IMG/VR virus record: IMGVR_UViG_3300045051_001056
Coordinates: 33,746-97,745 of that record
DNA from: a virus
Direction: 5' to 3' (one strand)
Length of the DNA stretch: 64,000 bases
Part shown: positions 8,457 to 19,186 of the stretch, piece by piece
How the letters are laid out: every line of letters begins with the position of its first letter
How positions within the stretch are numbered: the stretch's first letter is position 1
The notes under the pieces: model-generated
Database searches by the model: none
What the model saw: the letters and a program-made list of their open reading frames with translations, nothing else
Told to the model about the DNA's origin: nothing
Program-made: the position numbers and the translations under genes

Positions 8457-8698
8457 AAAATAATTTTATTGATACAGAAGATGGCAGACTTAAGCTAGAG
8501 CAAATTTTTGATTCATTTAAGGCATGGTTGCTGAAGGATGAAGATCTTGACCTTGAAGTAATAAGACAAAAAACCGTCTTTTACAAAGCATGGTGCTGGT
8601 TTCTTTTTCGTCATACAGAAAATCCAACTGATGATAGTAGGTGTAAGCGTTGTGGAAAAAAGGCCAAAAAATATTCTATTAAACCATATACTGTATGA
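8453..8698 (+). CDS. hypothetical protein with possible metal-binding motif
   Basis: C...H...CKRC. Confidence 0.6.
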   Translation: MKNNFIDTEDGRLKLEQIFDSFKAWLLKDEDLDLEVIRQKTVFYKAWCWFLFRHTENPTDDSRCKRCGKKAKKYSIKPYTV

Positions 8699-9102
8699 AT
8701 ACGCAAGAGGAAGACCAAGATGAAAAATTCGCAAAAATCACTCAAGAACTAGATTGTCTGAAAGCTGGTATTGGGGAAGAATTTATAGCAATGCTCCCAT
8801 TGAGCGTTAGGGCAAGGCTGATGAAAAATTACCAAAAAATATATAATAAAAATCAAATTTATCATATTAATACTGGACTGATATTAGATATATCGGTATT
8901 GATGAATGGTTTTTTGCCATGGTCTGACACCGAGGAAGGTGGATCATACTGGTTAAAGGTTTATTCTCACTATAACAACAGGGTATGGCGAATGCATACT
9001 ATTGTCAATAAGTATAGGAGAATAAAGGGTGAGCCAATTTATATAGAAAGGGGTAATTTTATTGATGCAGTTAAATTAGGTGAAATTGAATATACGGATT
9101 AG
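8695..9102 (+). CDS. hypothetical phage protein
   Basis: W.DT.EG..YW motif. Confidence 0.65.
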   Translation: MNTQEEDQDEKFAKITQELDCLKAGIGEEFIAMLPLSVRARLMKNYQKIYNKNQIYHINTGLILDISVLMNGFLPWSDTEEGGSYWLKVYSHYNNRVWRMHTIVNKYRRIKGEPIYIERGNFIDAVKLGEIEYTD

Positions 9103-9105
9103 ATA

Positions 9106-9651
9106 ATGGCAATAGAAATATATACAGATGGCGCCTGTAGCGGAAATCCTGGTTATGGAGGTTGGGCTTACCTTATATTAGACCACAACTTAGAGATCAT
9201 GGTGGCAGATAAAGGTTTTATTCACCAATTTCCAACAACTAATAATTATGCAGAATTATCGGCGGTCTTAGAAGCCCTAGGGCGGGTGCTGGGAACATCT
9301 ATACACAGTCTAGAAAAATATAAAATTTTTAGAGATAACGGGATTGTTCTATATTCAGATTCTCAATATGCCATTCATGGTATTAATGAATGGATGCAAA
9401 ATTGGAAGAAAAATGGTTGGAAAAATTCCGATAATATAGAAATTGCAAATAGGAGTTTGTGGGTATCGATTTACTATATGATAGTAAACTTAGAAAGTCG
9501 AGACATTAGGGTAGAATTTGAATATGTTCCAGCTCATACAGGGAATAAATTCAATGAGAAAGTAGATAGAGCTGCAAAAATTGCAGTTAAAAATTTTAAA
9601 CAACATATAATTAAATTAAAAAATATAAGAGCACCTCAATCATCATCGTAA
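9106..9651 (+). CDS. rnhA: ribonuclease HI
   Basis: IYTDGACSGNPG, TNNYAELSA, YSDSQY, VPAHTGNKFNEKVDRAA; D-E-D-D catalytic residues present. Confidence 0.95.
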   Translation: MAIEIYTDGACSGNPGYGGWAYLILDHNLEIMVADKGFIHQFPTTNNYAELSAVLEALGRVLGTSIHSLEKYKIFRDNGIVLYSDSQYAIHGINEWMQNWKKNGWKNSDNIEIANRSLWVSIYYMIVNLESRDIRVEFEYVPAHTGNKFNEKVDRAAKIAVKNFKQHIIKLKNIRAPQSSS

Positions 9652-9654
9652 ATT

Positions 9655-10650
9655 ATGAAAATAGTAAGAAATAAATTCCTGACAAAGATTGAGAGGGGAA
9701 AGGGTCTCGAATTAAGAATACCAACTAAAAAATTCGATGATCTAATAGGAACTTCCGATGAAGGATTTCCTAAGCCTACTGGAAGAATGCAAGAGGAAGA
9801 GGAAGGGGGGCAGAAGAAGCAAGGCAAATCAAAAGAATTAATATATTATAATGGAATGGAAATATCCATTAAAGATATGTGCGAATTCTCAGATATGTCC
9901 GAAAAAACATTTCACAAATCCATAGAAAATGCATCAACAGAATATGTTTCTCTAAATAAATTATTTTTGGTTCCCCAGATAAAAATTTATAAAATACTAA
10001 GATCAATATGTTTCATAAATTTTAGTAAAAGATTTGCATTCGAAAACTCGGCGGATATTGATATCATTAATGCCATTATTCACGCAGATTGCGGAATCGA
10101 TCTTGCAGCAGAAATAAAGCAAGAATATTTTTCGACAATTTCTAGATCATCTTCAGACTTTGATTTTGCCAGGGGAATCATTGTCAGAACATCAATACCA
10201 GATATTTCATCCACTACAGCCATAGAAGATTTGCGAGGCAGATACAATGATGCTTTTTCTGAACTTCGCCTTTTTGATTTGTATTTCAATGAATATCGAG
10301 TTCCTGAAATTACTACAGAAAAATTAACTGAAGCTCTTAAGAAAGTACATCAATCTACTTTTCAAAATAAGGACAGAAATATTAATTTTATATTAACTCC
10401 GGCATCTTACTCTTATTTAAGTACAATATTGAAACTGTCAACATGGAAAAATTGCGTATTTTCAAACATAGTACTACAGCAGAGGAAAAATGGACAAATT
10501 GTTCAAATGGATTGTCGAAAACTAATTTCGGAAGAAACTCTTCCAATATTTCAGAAAATGAAATCGGTTTTGCAGGAAAATCAGATGATTCCAATAAAAA
10601 CTTTACAAGAAATTTTAATGAATTTTTATCAGAAGAAGACTTCGAATTAG
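9655..10650 (+). CDS. hypothetical protein with possible HTH-like segment
   Basis: 331-aa ORF; YNGMEISIKDMCEFSDMSEKTFHKSI resembles small phage HTH modules. Confidence 0.6.
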   Translation: MKIVRNKFLTKIERGKGLELRIPTKKFDDLIGTSDEGFPKPTGRMQEEEEGGQKKQGKSKELIYYNGMEISIKDMCEFSDMSEKTFHKSIENASTEYVSLNKLFLVPQIKIYKILRSICFINFSKRFAFENSADIDIINAIIHADCGIDLAAEIKQEYFSTISRSSSDFDFARGIIVRTSIPDISSTTAIEDLRGRYNDAFSELRLFDLYFNEYRVPEITTEKLTEALKKVHQSTFQNKDRNINFILTPASYSYLSTILKLSTWKNCVFSNIVLQQRKNGQIVQMDCRKLISEETLPIFQKMKSVLQENQMIPIKTLQEILMNFYQKKTSN

Positions 10651-10704
10651 AGTCCAGAATGATGTCTAATGAATTTAAAAATTATTCACAAATAATAAAA
10701 GAGC

Positions 10705-11832
10705 ATGAAAGAATATATGAAATTTTGGCTGGGACCAACATTAGGGCTTGATAAGGTTATCAATCTAAATGCAGTGTTGGACAACATTAGAAGAATAGTA
10801 GGCAAATCAGATTGGATCGTGGAAGATTTTATTGTATTTAAAAAGTCTTTTAACGAATACGATGTGACCGGACAATTGGATATTGCTTCAAAAATGAGCG
10901 ATTTGTTTGTAAGTATTGACAAGCAGGCAAAAAGAATTCGATTTTCCAAAACTGCCAGACGTGGATATATCCTAATGTCTCCATATCTGTCTAAAGAGAT
11001 ATTAATTGAAATTGGCAGTACTGGAGAAAGAAAGTCGGAAGCATACGCTGTGATTAATAGATTTCTCAATAGCGAAAAAAATTCTAAATCTTTCTTTGAT
11101 GAAGGGATAGTCATAAGAAATAATTTTCTAAAAGAATGTTTAAGTAAAACTAGAAGTTTTGATAGTCTTGGGGAAGTAACTCTAGGAAATCTTTCTGGTA
11201 AATTAGGGTCATTAAGAGCTCAAAATTCTATTGATATGAAATCTTTGGCCAAGATTGTAGATAAAAATACATATAGCATAATATCCTTTATGGACCATTT
11301 TGTTCAAAGAACTGCTAAATACAATTCTATATACCGAATTATTCCAGACTCTATTTTCTTAGAAATATTTGGATGTGTTCCCGAGGAACTGCTTGACGCT
11401 TGTAAGGAAAAATCTTCTAATTTCACAAAACATGAATCCATAATCAATCCCGAGAAAAAGAAGAGAGTATTTTCTCCGCAGATCATTCCTAATGTTTTTC
11501 AGCTAAATGGCTTCAGAATTCATAATTCAGACTATTTAGAGGTTGCTGATTGCTCGTTTAATGTATTAATAAAAAACATGGATAATGCAGTTGATGCAGA
11601 AGGCAACACTGCTATTATGAAAATACATTTTCTATCTTTTTTTAATGATAATAATGATAAAACGTTTTTTGTATCATATCTACCGGGGAAAAAGATAATA
11701 AAAGATGATTATAGTGAGTTGGGTAATCTCATCTATTTCTCGATTCAGAATGGTTCTGAAATAAATTTTAGGCCAAATATTGAGATTAAAAAATTAATAA
11801 TGACAAATAATTTTGAACTAGATTTAATTTAA
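10705..11832 (+). CDS. hypothetical protein
   Basis: 375-aa ORF, no motif recognised. Confidence 0.7.
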   Translation: MKEYMKFWLGPTLGLDKVINLNAVLDNIRRIVGKSDWIVEDFIVFKKSFNEYDVTGQLDIASKMSDLFVSIDKQAKRIRFSKTARRGYILMSPYLSKEILIEIGSTGERKSEAYAVINRFLNSEKNSKSFFDEGIVIRNNFLKECLSKTRSFDSLGEVTLGNLSGKLGSLRAQNSIDMKSLAKIVDKNTYSIISFMDHFVQRTAKYNSIYRIIPDSIFLEIFGCVPEELLDACKEKSSNFTKHESIINPEKKKRVFSPQIIPNVFQLNGFRIHNSDYLEVADCSFNVLIKNMDNAVDAEGNTAIMKIHFLSFFNDNNDKTFFVSYLPGKKIIKDDYSELGNLIYFSIQNGSEINFRPNIEIKKLIMTNNFELDLI

Positions 11833-11834
11833 TT

Positions 11835-12845
11835 ATGAAATGTATTTTTATTCTCAACGGATATAGCGCGATAAATGATATAGTTCGCCAAATATCAGGT
11901 TCCAGCAACATAACAATTAAGGTGAATCTATTAAGTTCATCTCCAGAAAATGCTTATTGTATATATGATGAAGAATTGCAACAAATAAGTTTTTACAATA
12001 AGCTTAACAACGAAAAAGTTAAACAATATCCGGCAATCAAAATAGATGCATATCACCGATTAGTATTCTCGATGATAACTGGAGCACTTCAAGGAAGATA
12101 TTCCCTTATATTTGCAGACGAGATTTCATCATGTGAAAATCAAATTTATAATAAAATCATTGGAATAAAGAAATATTCTAAAGATGAAAATCTTTTGGTT
12201 AAAATAAAGTCCAATGGGTATAATATAAATTCGCCATTTATGGCTGCACTCATGCTATCTCCCAATAGTAAAAAGTGGAACATCCCATTTGACTGTGAAA
12301 ATATTCCAAAAAATAATCTCATTTACCTGGGGATAGTGCCTGAAAACTATAAAAAAAGCGACGCCTCCATAACGGCAAATAGTGGAGTCGTATCCTATCT
12401 AAATGTACCGATTGGGGATGAAGAAGGTTTGTTTGGATGTAAAATATCTGAATTCATGAATTCTTCTAATGATATCGATATATCAAAAGACGTCCTGCAT
12501 TTAATTAAAAACAATACACTTCCTAGCTCGTCCAAGTTATTTCTAAAGATTGCAAGGGGTGAGCCATACAACAGTGGAAAACCCCTATGGCTAGTATCTT
12601 TAAGGGAAATTAGTGGGAAAAAAAGAATACAAATATACACACAGGAAGATTTTTTGTCATCCATAGATTGTTCTAGGCGACTGCTAGTCAATACATTGAC
12701 GTCCATGTCAGATATGCCAACATTTGCCACTATAGAAACTCATCCGTATAAAAGTATTAGAAATAGTGGAATTATTGTTGATGTGGAAAATCTTATAAAT
12801 TTTAAGCAATTTTCATATAATATATTAGATGGAACACTTAGTTGA
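11835..12845 (+). CDS. hypothetical protein
   Basis: 336-aa ORF, no motif recognised. Confidence 0.7.
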   Translation: MKCIFILNGYSAINDIVRQISGSSNITIKVNLLSSSPENAYCIYDEELQQISFYNKLNNEKVKQYPAIKIDAYHRLVFSMITGALQGRYSLIFADEISSCENQIYNKIIGIKKYSKDENLLVKIKSNGYNINSPFMAALMLSPNSKKWNIPFDCENIPKNNLIYLGIVPENYKKSDASITANSGVVSYLNVPIGDEEGLFGCKISEFMNSSNDIDISKDVLHLIKNNTLPSSSKLFLKIARGEPYNSGKPLWLVSLREISGKKRIQIYTQEDFLSSIDCSRRLLVNTLTSMSDMPTFATIETHPYKSIRNSGIIVDVENLINFKQFSYNILDGTLS

Positions 12846-13401
12846 TTTCAATTTCATTATATATAATGGAATTAAAAATGGTTTAACCATATTACAATCA
12901 ATCTATTTGGCAAATATTGTTGGAATATTTAAAAAATTTTCTCCAGAACTTGTTCCGACCACAACAACTATTCGTGCTAAAGATTTAGAAGAAATGGGAT
13001 TTGTGGTCATAGATGGCACAAATATAAGAGCCACCCCAAAAGGTCTTCGCGTTTTTAGGAATATTCGCAAAGATAATTCCAAATTGGCCTCTAGCCTTAG
13101 ACTAATGTATCCTCCAGGAATGAAGGATGATAAATGGCCATGGAGGGGAACTATTCCATCTATTGCCAAGAAGCTAGATCAGTTTAATAAGTTATACCCA
13201 GATATTACTAATGAAGAAATTGCGGAAGCAACAAAAGAATATTTGGAAAAATTTACCGACGATACTGGTAGGTCTTTATTGGCATATTTTATTTTAAAGG
13301 ATATTGGAGGATTCGCAAAAAGTATTCTTGCCGAATGGGTATATGCTAGGAGAGAAAAAATCGATTCACAAAAGTCAAATAAAAATTACGAGCAATTATG
13401 A
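12829..13401 (+). CDS. crAss-like replication-associated protein (possible wHTH; initiator or helicase loader-like)
   Basis: LEEMGFVV...ATPKG wing-like segment; YP.G...W...I..KL..F...YP..T.EEI..AT..Y pattern; lies upstream of the helicase. Confidence 0.5.
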   Translation: MEHLVDFNFIIYNGIKNGLTILQSIYLANIVGIFKKFSPELVPTTTTIRAKDLEEMGFVVIDGTNIRATPKGLRVFRNIRKDNSKLASSLRLMYPPGMKDDKWPWRGTIPSIAKKLDQFNKLYPDITNEEIAEATKEYLEKFTDDTGRSLLAYFILKDIGGFAKSILAEWVYARREKIDSQKSNKNYEQL

Positions 13402-13637
13402 AAACAACGATAACGGACGGAAAAGTTAATATAAGACCAGCATTTCCCATACTTGCAAGAAGTATTAAAACGGGCATTATAGTATTATTTACTAATGAAC
13501 GCAGTGGTATGGTTATCCATGCTCAAGAGGATGCCCCGAATTATATTGGGGAATATAGTCGCACTTGGATATCTTGCTTCGACGGGAAGGTGTGGAAAAT
13601 TATTGATAAGCCGATATCCATAAGATTTGAGCCATGA
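13398..13637 (+). CDS. hypothetical protein, apparent paralog of 5115-5366
   Basis: FPILARSIKTGIIVLFTNERSGMVI. Confidence 0.6.
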   Translation: MKTTITDGKVNIRPAFPILARSIKTGIIVLFTNERSGMVIHAQEDAPNYIGEYSRTWISCFDGKVWKIIDKPISIRFEP

Positions 13638-13798
13638 AAGCTTTTATTATAATGGGAATTAGCGTTTATGGAGGCATTGACCCAGATTCTATTAAAGTTA
13701 GTCTTTCGTCAAAAGGTGCCAAACGTGTAGAATCTAAAATTAAAAAGAAATACATAAACGTTATGAGAATCGAAAGAACGTTAAAAAATGTTAAATAA

Positions 13799-13830
13799 TT
13801 TGGTAAGTTACTGAAAATCTTGTATCTTTG
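13799..13830 (+). promoter_or_regulatory. Bacteroidota primary-sigma promoter upstream of the helicase
   Basis: TTTG (13799-13802), 20 nt, TATCTTTG (13823-13830). Confidence 0.75.
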
Positions 13831-13870
13831 TATAGGGAAACGATAAGAGAGATAATCCCAAATACAATAG

Positions 13871-14992
13871 ATGGAAGAAAAAAATCAGCAACTTTATGAA
13901 CAGACATTAGAAAAATTAAAACTTAACAAATCGAGGAGACTTTCGGGGGAAATAATCGCAATCCCTTGGAGTCTCCCCAGGTTAAGCAAAGCGCTACCCG
14001 GCATAGAACCAGAAAAAATAGTGGTTGTAACAGCCGGTCCCAAAGTTGGCAAATCTCAATTAGCCAACTTTCTTTATCTTTTTCAACCTATAGATTATTT
14101 ATACGAACACCCTCACTGCAATTTAGACTTAAAGATCTTCTATTTTTCCCTAGAAGTGTCTAAAGAGGCAATTATGAGGCAAGCTATGGCGTATAGGTTG
14201 TATACGAAATATCAAATAATAGTTTCACAACAAAAGCTGCTGTCAGTTTTCAATGATTATGTTTTAGATGATTATGTAGAGGAACTGATAGAAAAAGAAA
14301 GACCATGGTTCGAATTCTTTGAAAGTAAATTGGATGTTAATGATGAGATTCGACATCCAACAGCTATGTTTAAATACATAAAAGAATGGTACGATACCAA
14401 TGGGACTTGGAGTTATAAGAATCTCAAATTTGGCGATAAAATAGAGCGGGTGAGAGATAGGTATACTCCCAATAACCCTAATTTAATAGTGGAAGCAATT
14501 TTTGATCACTTGGGGTTACTCTCGACGGAGAAAGATCTTGATCAATGGCAAACTATTGGCAGATTCTCATCAGAATATTGCTTAGAACTTCGAGATAAAT
14601 ACAAGGCGTTAATAGTTGAGGTGCAACAACAGGCCCTAGCTGGCAGTCAGCAACAGTATACAAATTCTGGAAAATCAATAATTGAGAAACTAAAACCAGA
14701 AGTTGGTAATCTCGGAAATAATAAGGAAGTTAGTAGAGATGTTAATCTTATGTTAGGATTATTTGCTCCATCAAAATATGGATTCTCTAGTTATAAGGAA
14801 TATGATTTAGATCGTTTGAGGGACAACCACAGAGAATTAATTATAATGTTGAATAGGGACGGTGTATCTCAGCGCAATATTGACTTATATTTTGAAGGTG
14901 CTTGCAGTTATTTCAAAGAATTGCCAAGGCCAGAGGATATGGAGGAAAGGCATTATGTCGCCATAGAACAGCTTAGAAATAAAATTATTTAA
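13871..14992 (+). CDS. DnaB-like SF4 replicative helicase
   Basis: Walker A AGPKVGKS, YFSLEV, IFDHLGLL, LNRDG. Confidence 0.9.
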   Translation: MEEKNQQLYEQTLEKLKLNKSRRLSGEIIAIPWSLPRLSKALPGIEPEKIVVVTAGPKVGKSQLANFLYLFQPIDYLYEHPHCNLDLKIFYFSLEVSKEAIMRQAMAYRLYTKYQIIVSQQKLLSVFNDYVLDDYVEELIEKERPWFEFFESKLDVNDEIRHPTAMFKYIKEWYDTNGTWSYKNLKFGDKIERVRDRYTPNNPNLIVEAIFDHLGLLSTEKDLDQWQTIGRFSSEYCLELRDKYKALIVEVQQQALAGSQQQYTNSGKSIIEKLKPEVGNLGNNKEVSRDVNLMLGLFAPSKYGFSSYKEYDLDRLRDNHRELIIMLNRDGVSQRNIDLYFEGACSYFKELPRPEDMEERHYVAIEQLRNKII

Positions 14993-14993
14993 A

Positions 14994-15554
14994 ATGAGTC
15001 CACTAGAAGAAGTAAAAGAAAAGTACAGATTACTGGAAAGGGCTGGAGAATTAAGATCTGTATATGAAGTATTAAGTGCAAACAATGAAATCACTGAAGA
15101 TGAGTCGTACGAAATTCTTGATTGGTATATTGAAAAGCATGCATTGCTAACAGTTGCAGCAGAAGGATTTCGCGATTATGAAAAAAAGGGCGGTATGAAT
15201 TTAATTTTTGGCTTAAGAATTAATGAGAATGCCGGTTCGGAGAGGGGCTTTAGGTATCTTCGAGAATTTAATATTGAATTGGGAACATTTGGTAATGACA
15301 GCCCAGAATTTGATCCTAAATTCTTATTTGAAAAATATTTAAAAGCAGGAAATTCCAAAGAATCGGCATTATACATTGCCAATAAGGCTAAAAATAATAT
15401 TTTCTATATAAAATATTTATATGAAAAACTCAATAAATTCAAAATTATTTCAATAGATTGGAACCCCTCAACACTTGATAACGAAAAATTGGTTAACAAG
15501 GTGCAAGATCTTGTCAAAGATTTTATAAATAAATTATCAATAAAACAATATTAA
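14994..15554 (+). CDS. hypothetical protein
   Basis: 186-aa ORF in the replication module. Confidence 0.65.
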   Translation: MSPLEEVKEKYRLLERAGELRSVYEVLSANNEITEDESYEILDWYIEKHALLTVAAEGFRDYEKKGGMNLIFGLRINENAGSERGFRYLREFNIELGTFGNDSPEFDPKFLFEKYLKAGNSKESALYIANKAKNNIFYIKYLYEKLNKFKIISIDWNPSTLDNEKLVNKVQDLVKDFINKLSIKQY

Positions 15555-15561
15555 AAGTAAA

Positions 15562-15861
15562 ATGTCAAAAGTCGCAACAATTGGCCCCCCAATAGGAAGG
15601 GTTAACAATTTAGTATCCCCAGAGATGGAATTAATAAGAATAATCTCTCGATACCCAGACTGTACAAAATTTCTCTTGAGGTTTTATATTGGCAATAGGC
15701 CCAAGGATAAACTCAACACAATAAAGAATTTGTTAAACGAACACAAGATTTCGAGAGCATTCAATTATATGTATGAAATAATTCCTAATAAGGATACAAA
15801 TATTGTTGAGATATATAGATCTCCAGAAGATTCAGGTGAAATAAATAAAAATAATCATTAA
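15562..15861 (+). CDS. hypothetical protein
   Basis: 99-aa ORF, TAATG coupling to the next gene. Confidence 0.6.
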   Translation: MSKVATIGPPIGRVNNLVSPEMELIRIISRYPDCTKFLLRFYIGNRPKDKLNTIKNLLNEHKISRAFNYMYEIIPNKDTNIVEIYRSPEDSGEINKNNH

Positions 15862-16616
15862 TGGAATTACCACAAGAAAAAATTAGTCCATTAGCCATAG
15901 ATCCGGGTCTATTGATTATAGCTGGATTTCAAAAATCTGGCAAAACCACTGCAGTAGCTGCACTAGATGATAATCTTATTATTGATTTGGAAGGTGGGGC
16001 AAAGTATTTTAACGCAATGAGAGTTGATGTTAATAATTTAAAAAGCTTTTCCGAATTGATTAGGGCGCTACAGGCTAGCACAAAGAGAATTGGTAACAGT
16101 GAATATCGATATAAATATGGGACAATAGATACTGGTTCTAAACTGGAAGATATTGCACTTGAATTAGCTGTTATTAATTATAGAAAAACCCCTATGGGCA
16201 AGCGATGGGATGGAGGGGTCAAAGATATCCTCTCTCTTCCCAATGGCGCTGGATATGGATTTTTAAGAACCGCATATTTAGAGTTAATCGAATGGTTAAG
16301 GCCCTATTTTAAAACGCTAATATTGGTATGTCATATAAAAAATAGTTCTATCCAAAAAGATGGAGAAGAACTTGCAATTGTTGATATATCTTTAACTGGT
16401 CAATTAAAAACAATTATAGCTGCGCAGGCTGATGCCATTGGAATATTGTGGAGAAAGAAAAACCAATCCATTTTAACTTTCCGTGGAGGTGAATCTTTCA
16501 TGGTTGAGGCTAGGCCAAAACATCTAGCTGGAAAAGAATTCGTTTTAATTGAATCAGATAAGGACAATAATCTGACAATTAATTGGAATAATATTTTTAT
16601 TGAAGAAGGAATTTAA
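15861..16616 (+). CDS. AAA_24/Sak4-like ATPase
   Basis: GFQKSGKTT, IDLEGG, IDT, LPNGAGY, ILVCH. Confidence 0.85.
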   Translation: MELPQEKISPLAIDPGLLIIAGFQKSGKTTAVAALDDNLIIDLEGGAKYFNAMRVDVNNLKSFSELIRALQASTKRIGNSEYRYKYGTIDTGSKLEDIALELAVINYRKTPMGKRWDGGVKDILSLPNGAGYGFLRTAYLELIEWLRPYFKTLILVCHIKNSSIQKDGEELAIVDISLTGQLKTIIAAQADAIGILWRKKNQSILTFRGGESFMVEARPKHLAGKEFVLIESDKDNNLTINWNNIFIEEGI

Positions 16617-16641
16617 TTGTAAACAAATAAAATAAATAAAT

Positions 16642-17358
16642 ATGTTTGGTACAAAAGGTGTTGAAACTGTCGAAGGCAGCAGTACGAGTAAGTATTTCTC
16701 TTATGGCGTGAATAAGGCAAAAATTGTTGATCTAAAATTGGTCAAATCTCCCAGTTCTCCTAATCAAAAGTTGGAAGTATGGTTGGAGGGCGAGCCAGTT
16801 ACTGAAAAAGGTTTTGTAGGTGTCGATGGGGCTAGGGGAAAAGTCGGCAAACTCGTAACATATTGGTTACGCGAGGACAAACATTACCAGGATTTATTAA
16901 GACAAATCGGTATTATAGCTGATAAGCTTGGTGTACGTAAAGAAATTGATGAAATCAGCGTTAATAGCGTTTCAGAATTTGGTCAATATCTTCAGAATAT
17001 TAAGCCATATTTGTGTGGAAAATATCTTTGGTGGGTGATTGGTGCTGATTATTACAGCGAAACTCGTTACAAACTTTTGTTAGTAAAATTCAATTTTGTT
17101 AAATCCCCTTCAGAAGTTGACGAAAGTTCTCTTGTTGTGGAGCGCGGTATTCCAGTTCAAATTAATTTGACAAGTGGAGGCCCTGCGCTATTCTTCAATA
17201 AGGATAATAGATATCACTTTCGCCCATTCGAAAAGGCTGATGCAGAAGAATCTGCGCCCTCAGCCAGTTCTTTCAAGGCATCCGGGCCAACCGAGAATCT
17301 TTTCAAAGAAATTGCTGATAGCAATATCGAAAAGAAGGAGGACAATCTACCATTTTAA
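16642..17358 (+). CDS. putative single-stranded DNA-binding protein
   Basis: Lies between the Sak4-like ATPase and primase; acidic tail ending EDNLPF. Confidence 0.6.
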   Translation: MFGTKGVETVEGSSTSKYFSYGVNKAKIVDLKLVKSPSSPNQKLEVWLEGEPVTEKGFVGVDGARGKVGKLVTYWLREDKHYQDLLRQIGIIADKLGVRKEIDEISVNSVSEFGQYLQNIKPYLCGKYLWWVIGADYYSETRYKLLLVKFNFVKSPSEVDESSLVVERGIPVQINLTSGGPALFFNKDNRYHFRPFEKADAEESAPSASSFKASGPTENLFKEIADSNIEKKEDNLPF

Positions 17359-17361
17359 ATT

Positions 17362-18384
17362 ATGAAAATAACGACACGAAGTCCAGCGAGCAAGGAATTG
17401 CTCCTGGGCAAAGTGCCGGAATTAGCCATATTTAAATTATTTTGTTCAAATTTTAAATCAGTAGGTAAAAGATTTAAGTCTCCCATATCATTAAATGGGA
17501 AAATGAATACTGGCCAAGACGCAGCAATTGTCTTGCCAAACAAAAGAAAGGGTTTCGTATTATATGATTTTCGGATTGGCAGAGCTTTCTCTGCCATTAA
17601 TTTTGCTATGTTGATGACTGGCTTAAATTTTCATGATACCATAAAATATCTTTGTGGAAAATTCAATGTATCAGAGATAGACCCAGAAATTACCATAAGG
17701 CAAATGGATGTAGAATTTAACGAAAATATTATTAGAGATCTTGCCTATCCGTGTATCATAACAGTTAAATATGATGAATGGAGCCAAAAATCCATAGACT
17801 ATTGGAAGCAATATGGCTGGGAACCTTTCATGCTTGATAAGGCTAAAATTCGTCCAATCCAAAAATTTTGGGTGGCATATGAAGAGGATAAAAGAATTGA
17901 ATATAATAAACCGTTAATAGGAGACCTGTCTTTTACTTATGATTTTTTTAAGGTTGATGAGGTTTTTAGAAGAAAAATATATAACCCATTAGCTGAAAAT
18001 AAAGCATTGAAATGGAAAACAAATACCAATAAGGGCATAATTCAGGCATTAAACACTATTGAGGGCAAAGTTAAAACATTATACCTGGTATCCTCAATGA
18101 AAGACTGTGGACCATTTTGGAACGTATTAGGGCATCCATGCGCAATTGCGCCAAATTCAGAAAGTACCATGTTATTCCCAGATCAAGTAAGATATTTAAA
18201 ACAAATATCTGAACGTCAAGTTGTGTGGTATGATAATGATGAAACCGGTACTCAGAATGCATTAAAACACTCTAAAGCGTATGGTTTTGATGTCATGTGG
18301 AATCCAATTGGAACACCAAAAGATCAGAGTGATTATGTAAAAGAAAGAGGATTAAAAGAATTTAAAAAATTAATGATTCAATAA
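17362..18384 (+). CDS. DNA primase (TOPRIM)
   Basis: SSMKD, APNSE, WYDNDETG, KDQSDY crAss-type primase motifs. Confidence 0.85.
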   Translation: MKITTRSPASKELLLGKVPELAIFKLFCSNFKSVGKRFKSPISLNGKMNTGQDAAIVLPNKRKGFVLYDFRIGRAFSAINFAMLMTGLNFHDTIKYLCGKFNVSEIDPEITIRQMDVEFNENIIRDLAYPCIITVKYDEWSQKSIDYWKQYGWEPFMLDKAKIRPIQKFWVAYEEDKRIEYNKPLIGDLSFTYDFFKVDEVFRRKIYNPLAENKALKWKTNTNKGIIQALNTIEGKVKTLYLVSSMKDCGPFWNVLGHPCAIAPNSESTMLFPDQVRYLKQISERQVVWYDNDETGTQNALKHSKAYGFDVMWNPIGTPKDQSDYVKERGLKEFKKLMIQ

Positions 18385-18388
18385 AAAT

Positions 18389-18955
18389 ATGTCAGTTAAA
18401 AAATATTTCACAAGAGAGGAAAAAAGAATTGCGAATAATAATAGGGCAAGACAAAAGTATGCAAAAATGAAAGATGATCCCAATTTTCTAAAGCATGAAA
18501 GAGAGAAGGCAAAGAAATTAAGATTAGAGAAAAAAAATGGTGATCCTTTGATATGGAAGAAAATATTAGAAAGGGATAGATTGTATGCAGCAAAAAAAAG
18601 AATCTCGCAGGGGAAAATTTATATAAGTATTGAAGAAAGGCTCCTCATGAGAGCGGAAAGGGAATCATTAATTACATATTGGGTAAAGAAGTATCCCCTT
18701 AATATCAAATATGCATTTATGAAATGTGCAGAAGAACTTTCGACAACTAAAAATCCTATCTCGTGGAGGACAATACAGGGGGAATGGTATTCGAGAGTTA
18801 AGAATAAAACCATTATATTAACATGTGGATCACAGGTTGGATTTAGTAAAAATGTAAAAAATTTACTTGTAGATGAAAATGGTAATCTTCCCTCCTATAA
18901 TTTTGTTGAATTCAACAATATAATTCAAGAATTAAATAGATTAATAATATTTTAA
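18389..18955 (+). CDS. basic hypothetical protein, possibly DNA-binding
   Basis: K/R-rich helical N-terminus and HTH-like C-terminal part. Confidence 0.55.
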   Translation: MSVKKYFTREEKRIANNNRARQKYAKMKDDPNFLKHEREKAKKLRLEKKNGDPLIWKKILERDRLYAAKKRISQGKIYISIEERLLMRAERESLITYWVKKYPLNIKYAFMKCAEELSTTKNPISWRTIQGEWYSRVKNKTIILTCGSQVGFSKNVKNLLVDENGNLPSYNFVEFNNIIQELNRLIIF

Positions 18956-18958
18956 AAA

Positions 18959-19186
18959 ATGAGTAATATAAAAAAATTCTTAGAAGCGGTTGAAAACGCA
19001 CAAAAACCAGGACGGACTACAACATTTACCATAATTGCTAGAAATAGCGATGTTGGCAACGGTTCTCACACAATAAATCTCGATGATGAAGACGTTAAAC
19101 ATCTTGAAAAAAAGTATAGATTATTATATAAAAAAGAAATCCAACAGGAAATCGATCATTTACAAAAACAATTAAAGTCGTTATGA
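18959..19186 (+). CDS. hypothetical protein
   Basis: 75-aa ORF, ATGA overlap. Confidence 0.6.
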   Translation: MSNIKKFLEAVENAQKPGRTTTFTIIARNSDVGNGSHTINLDDEDVKHLEKKYRLLYKKEIQQEIDHLQKQLKSL

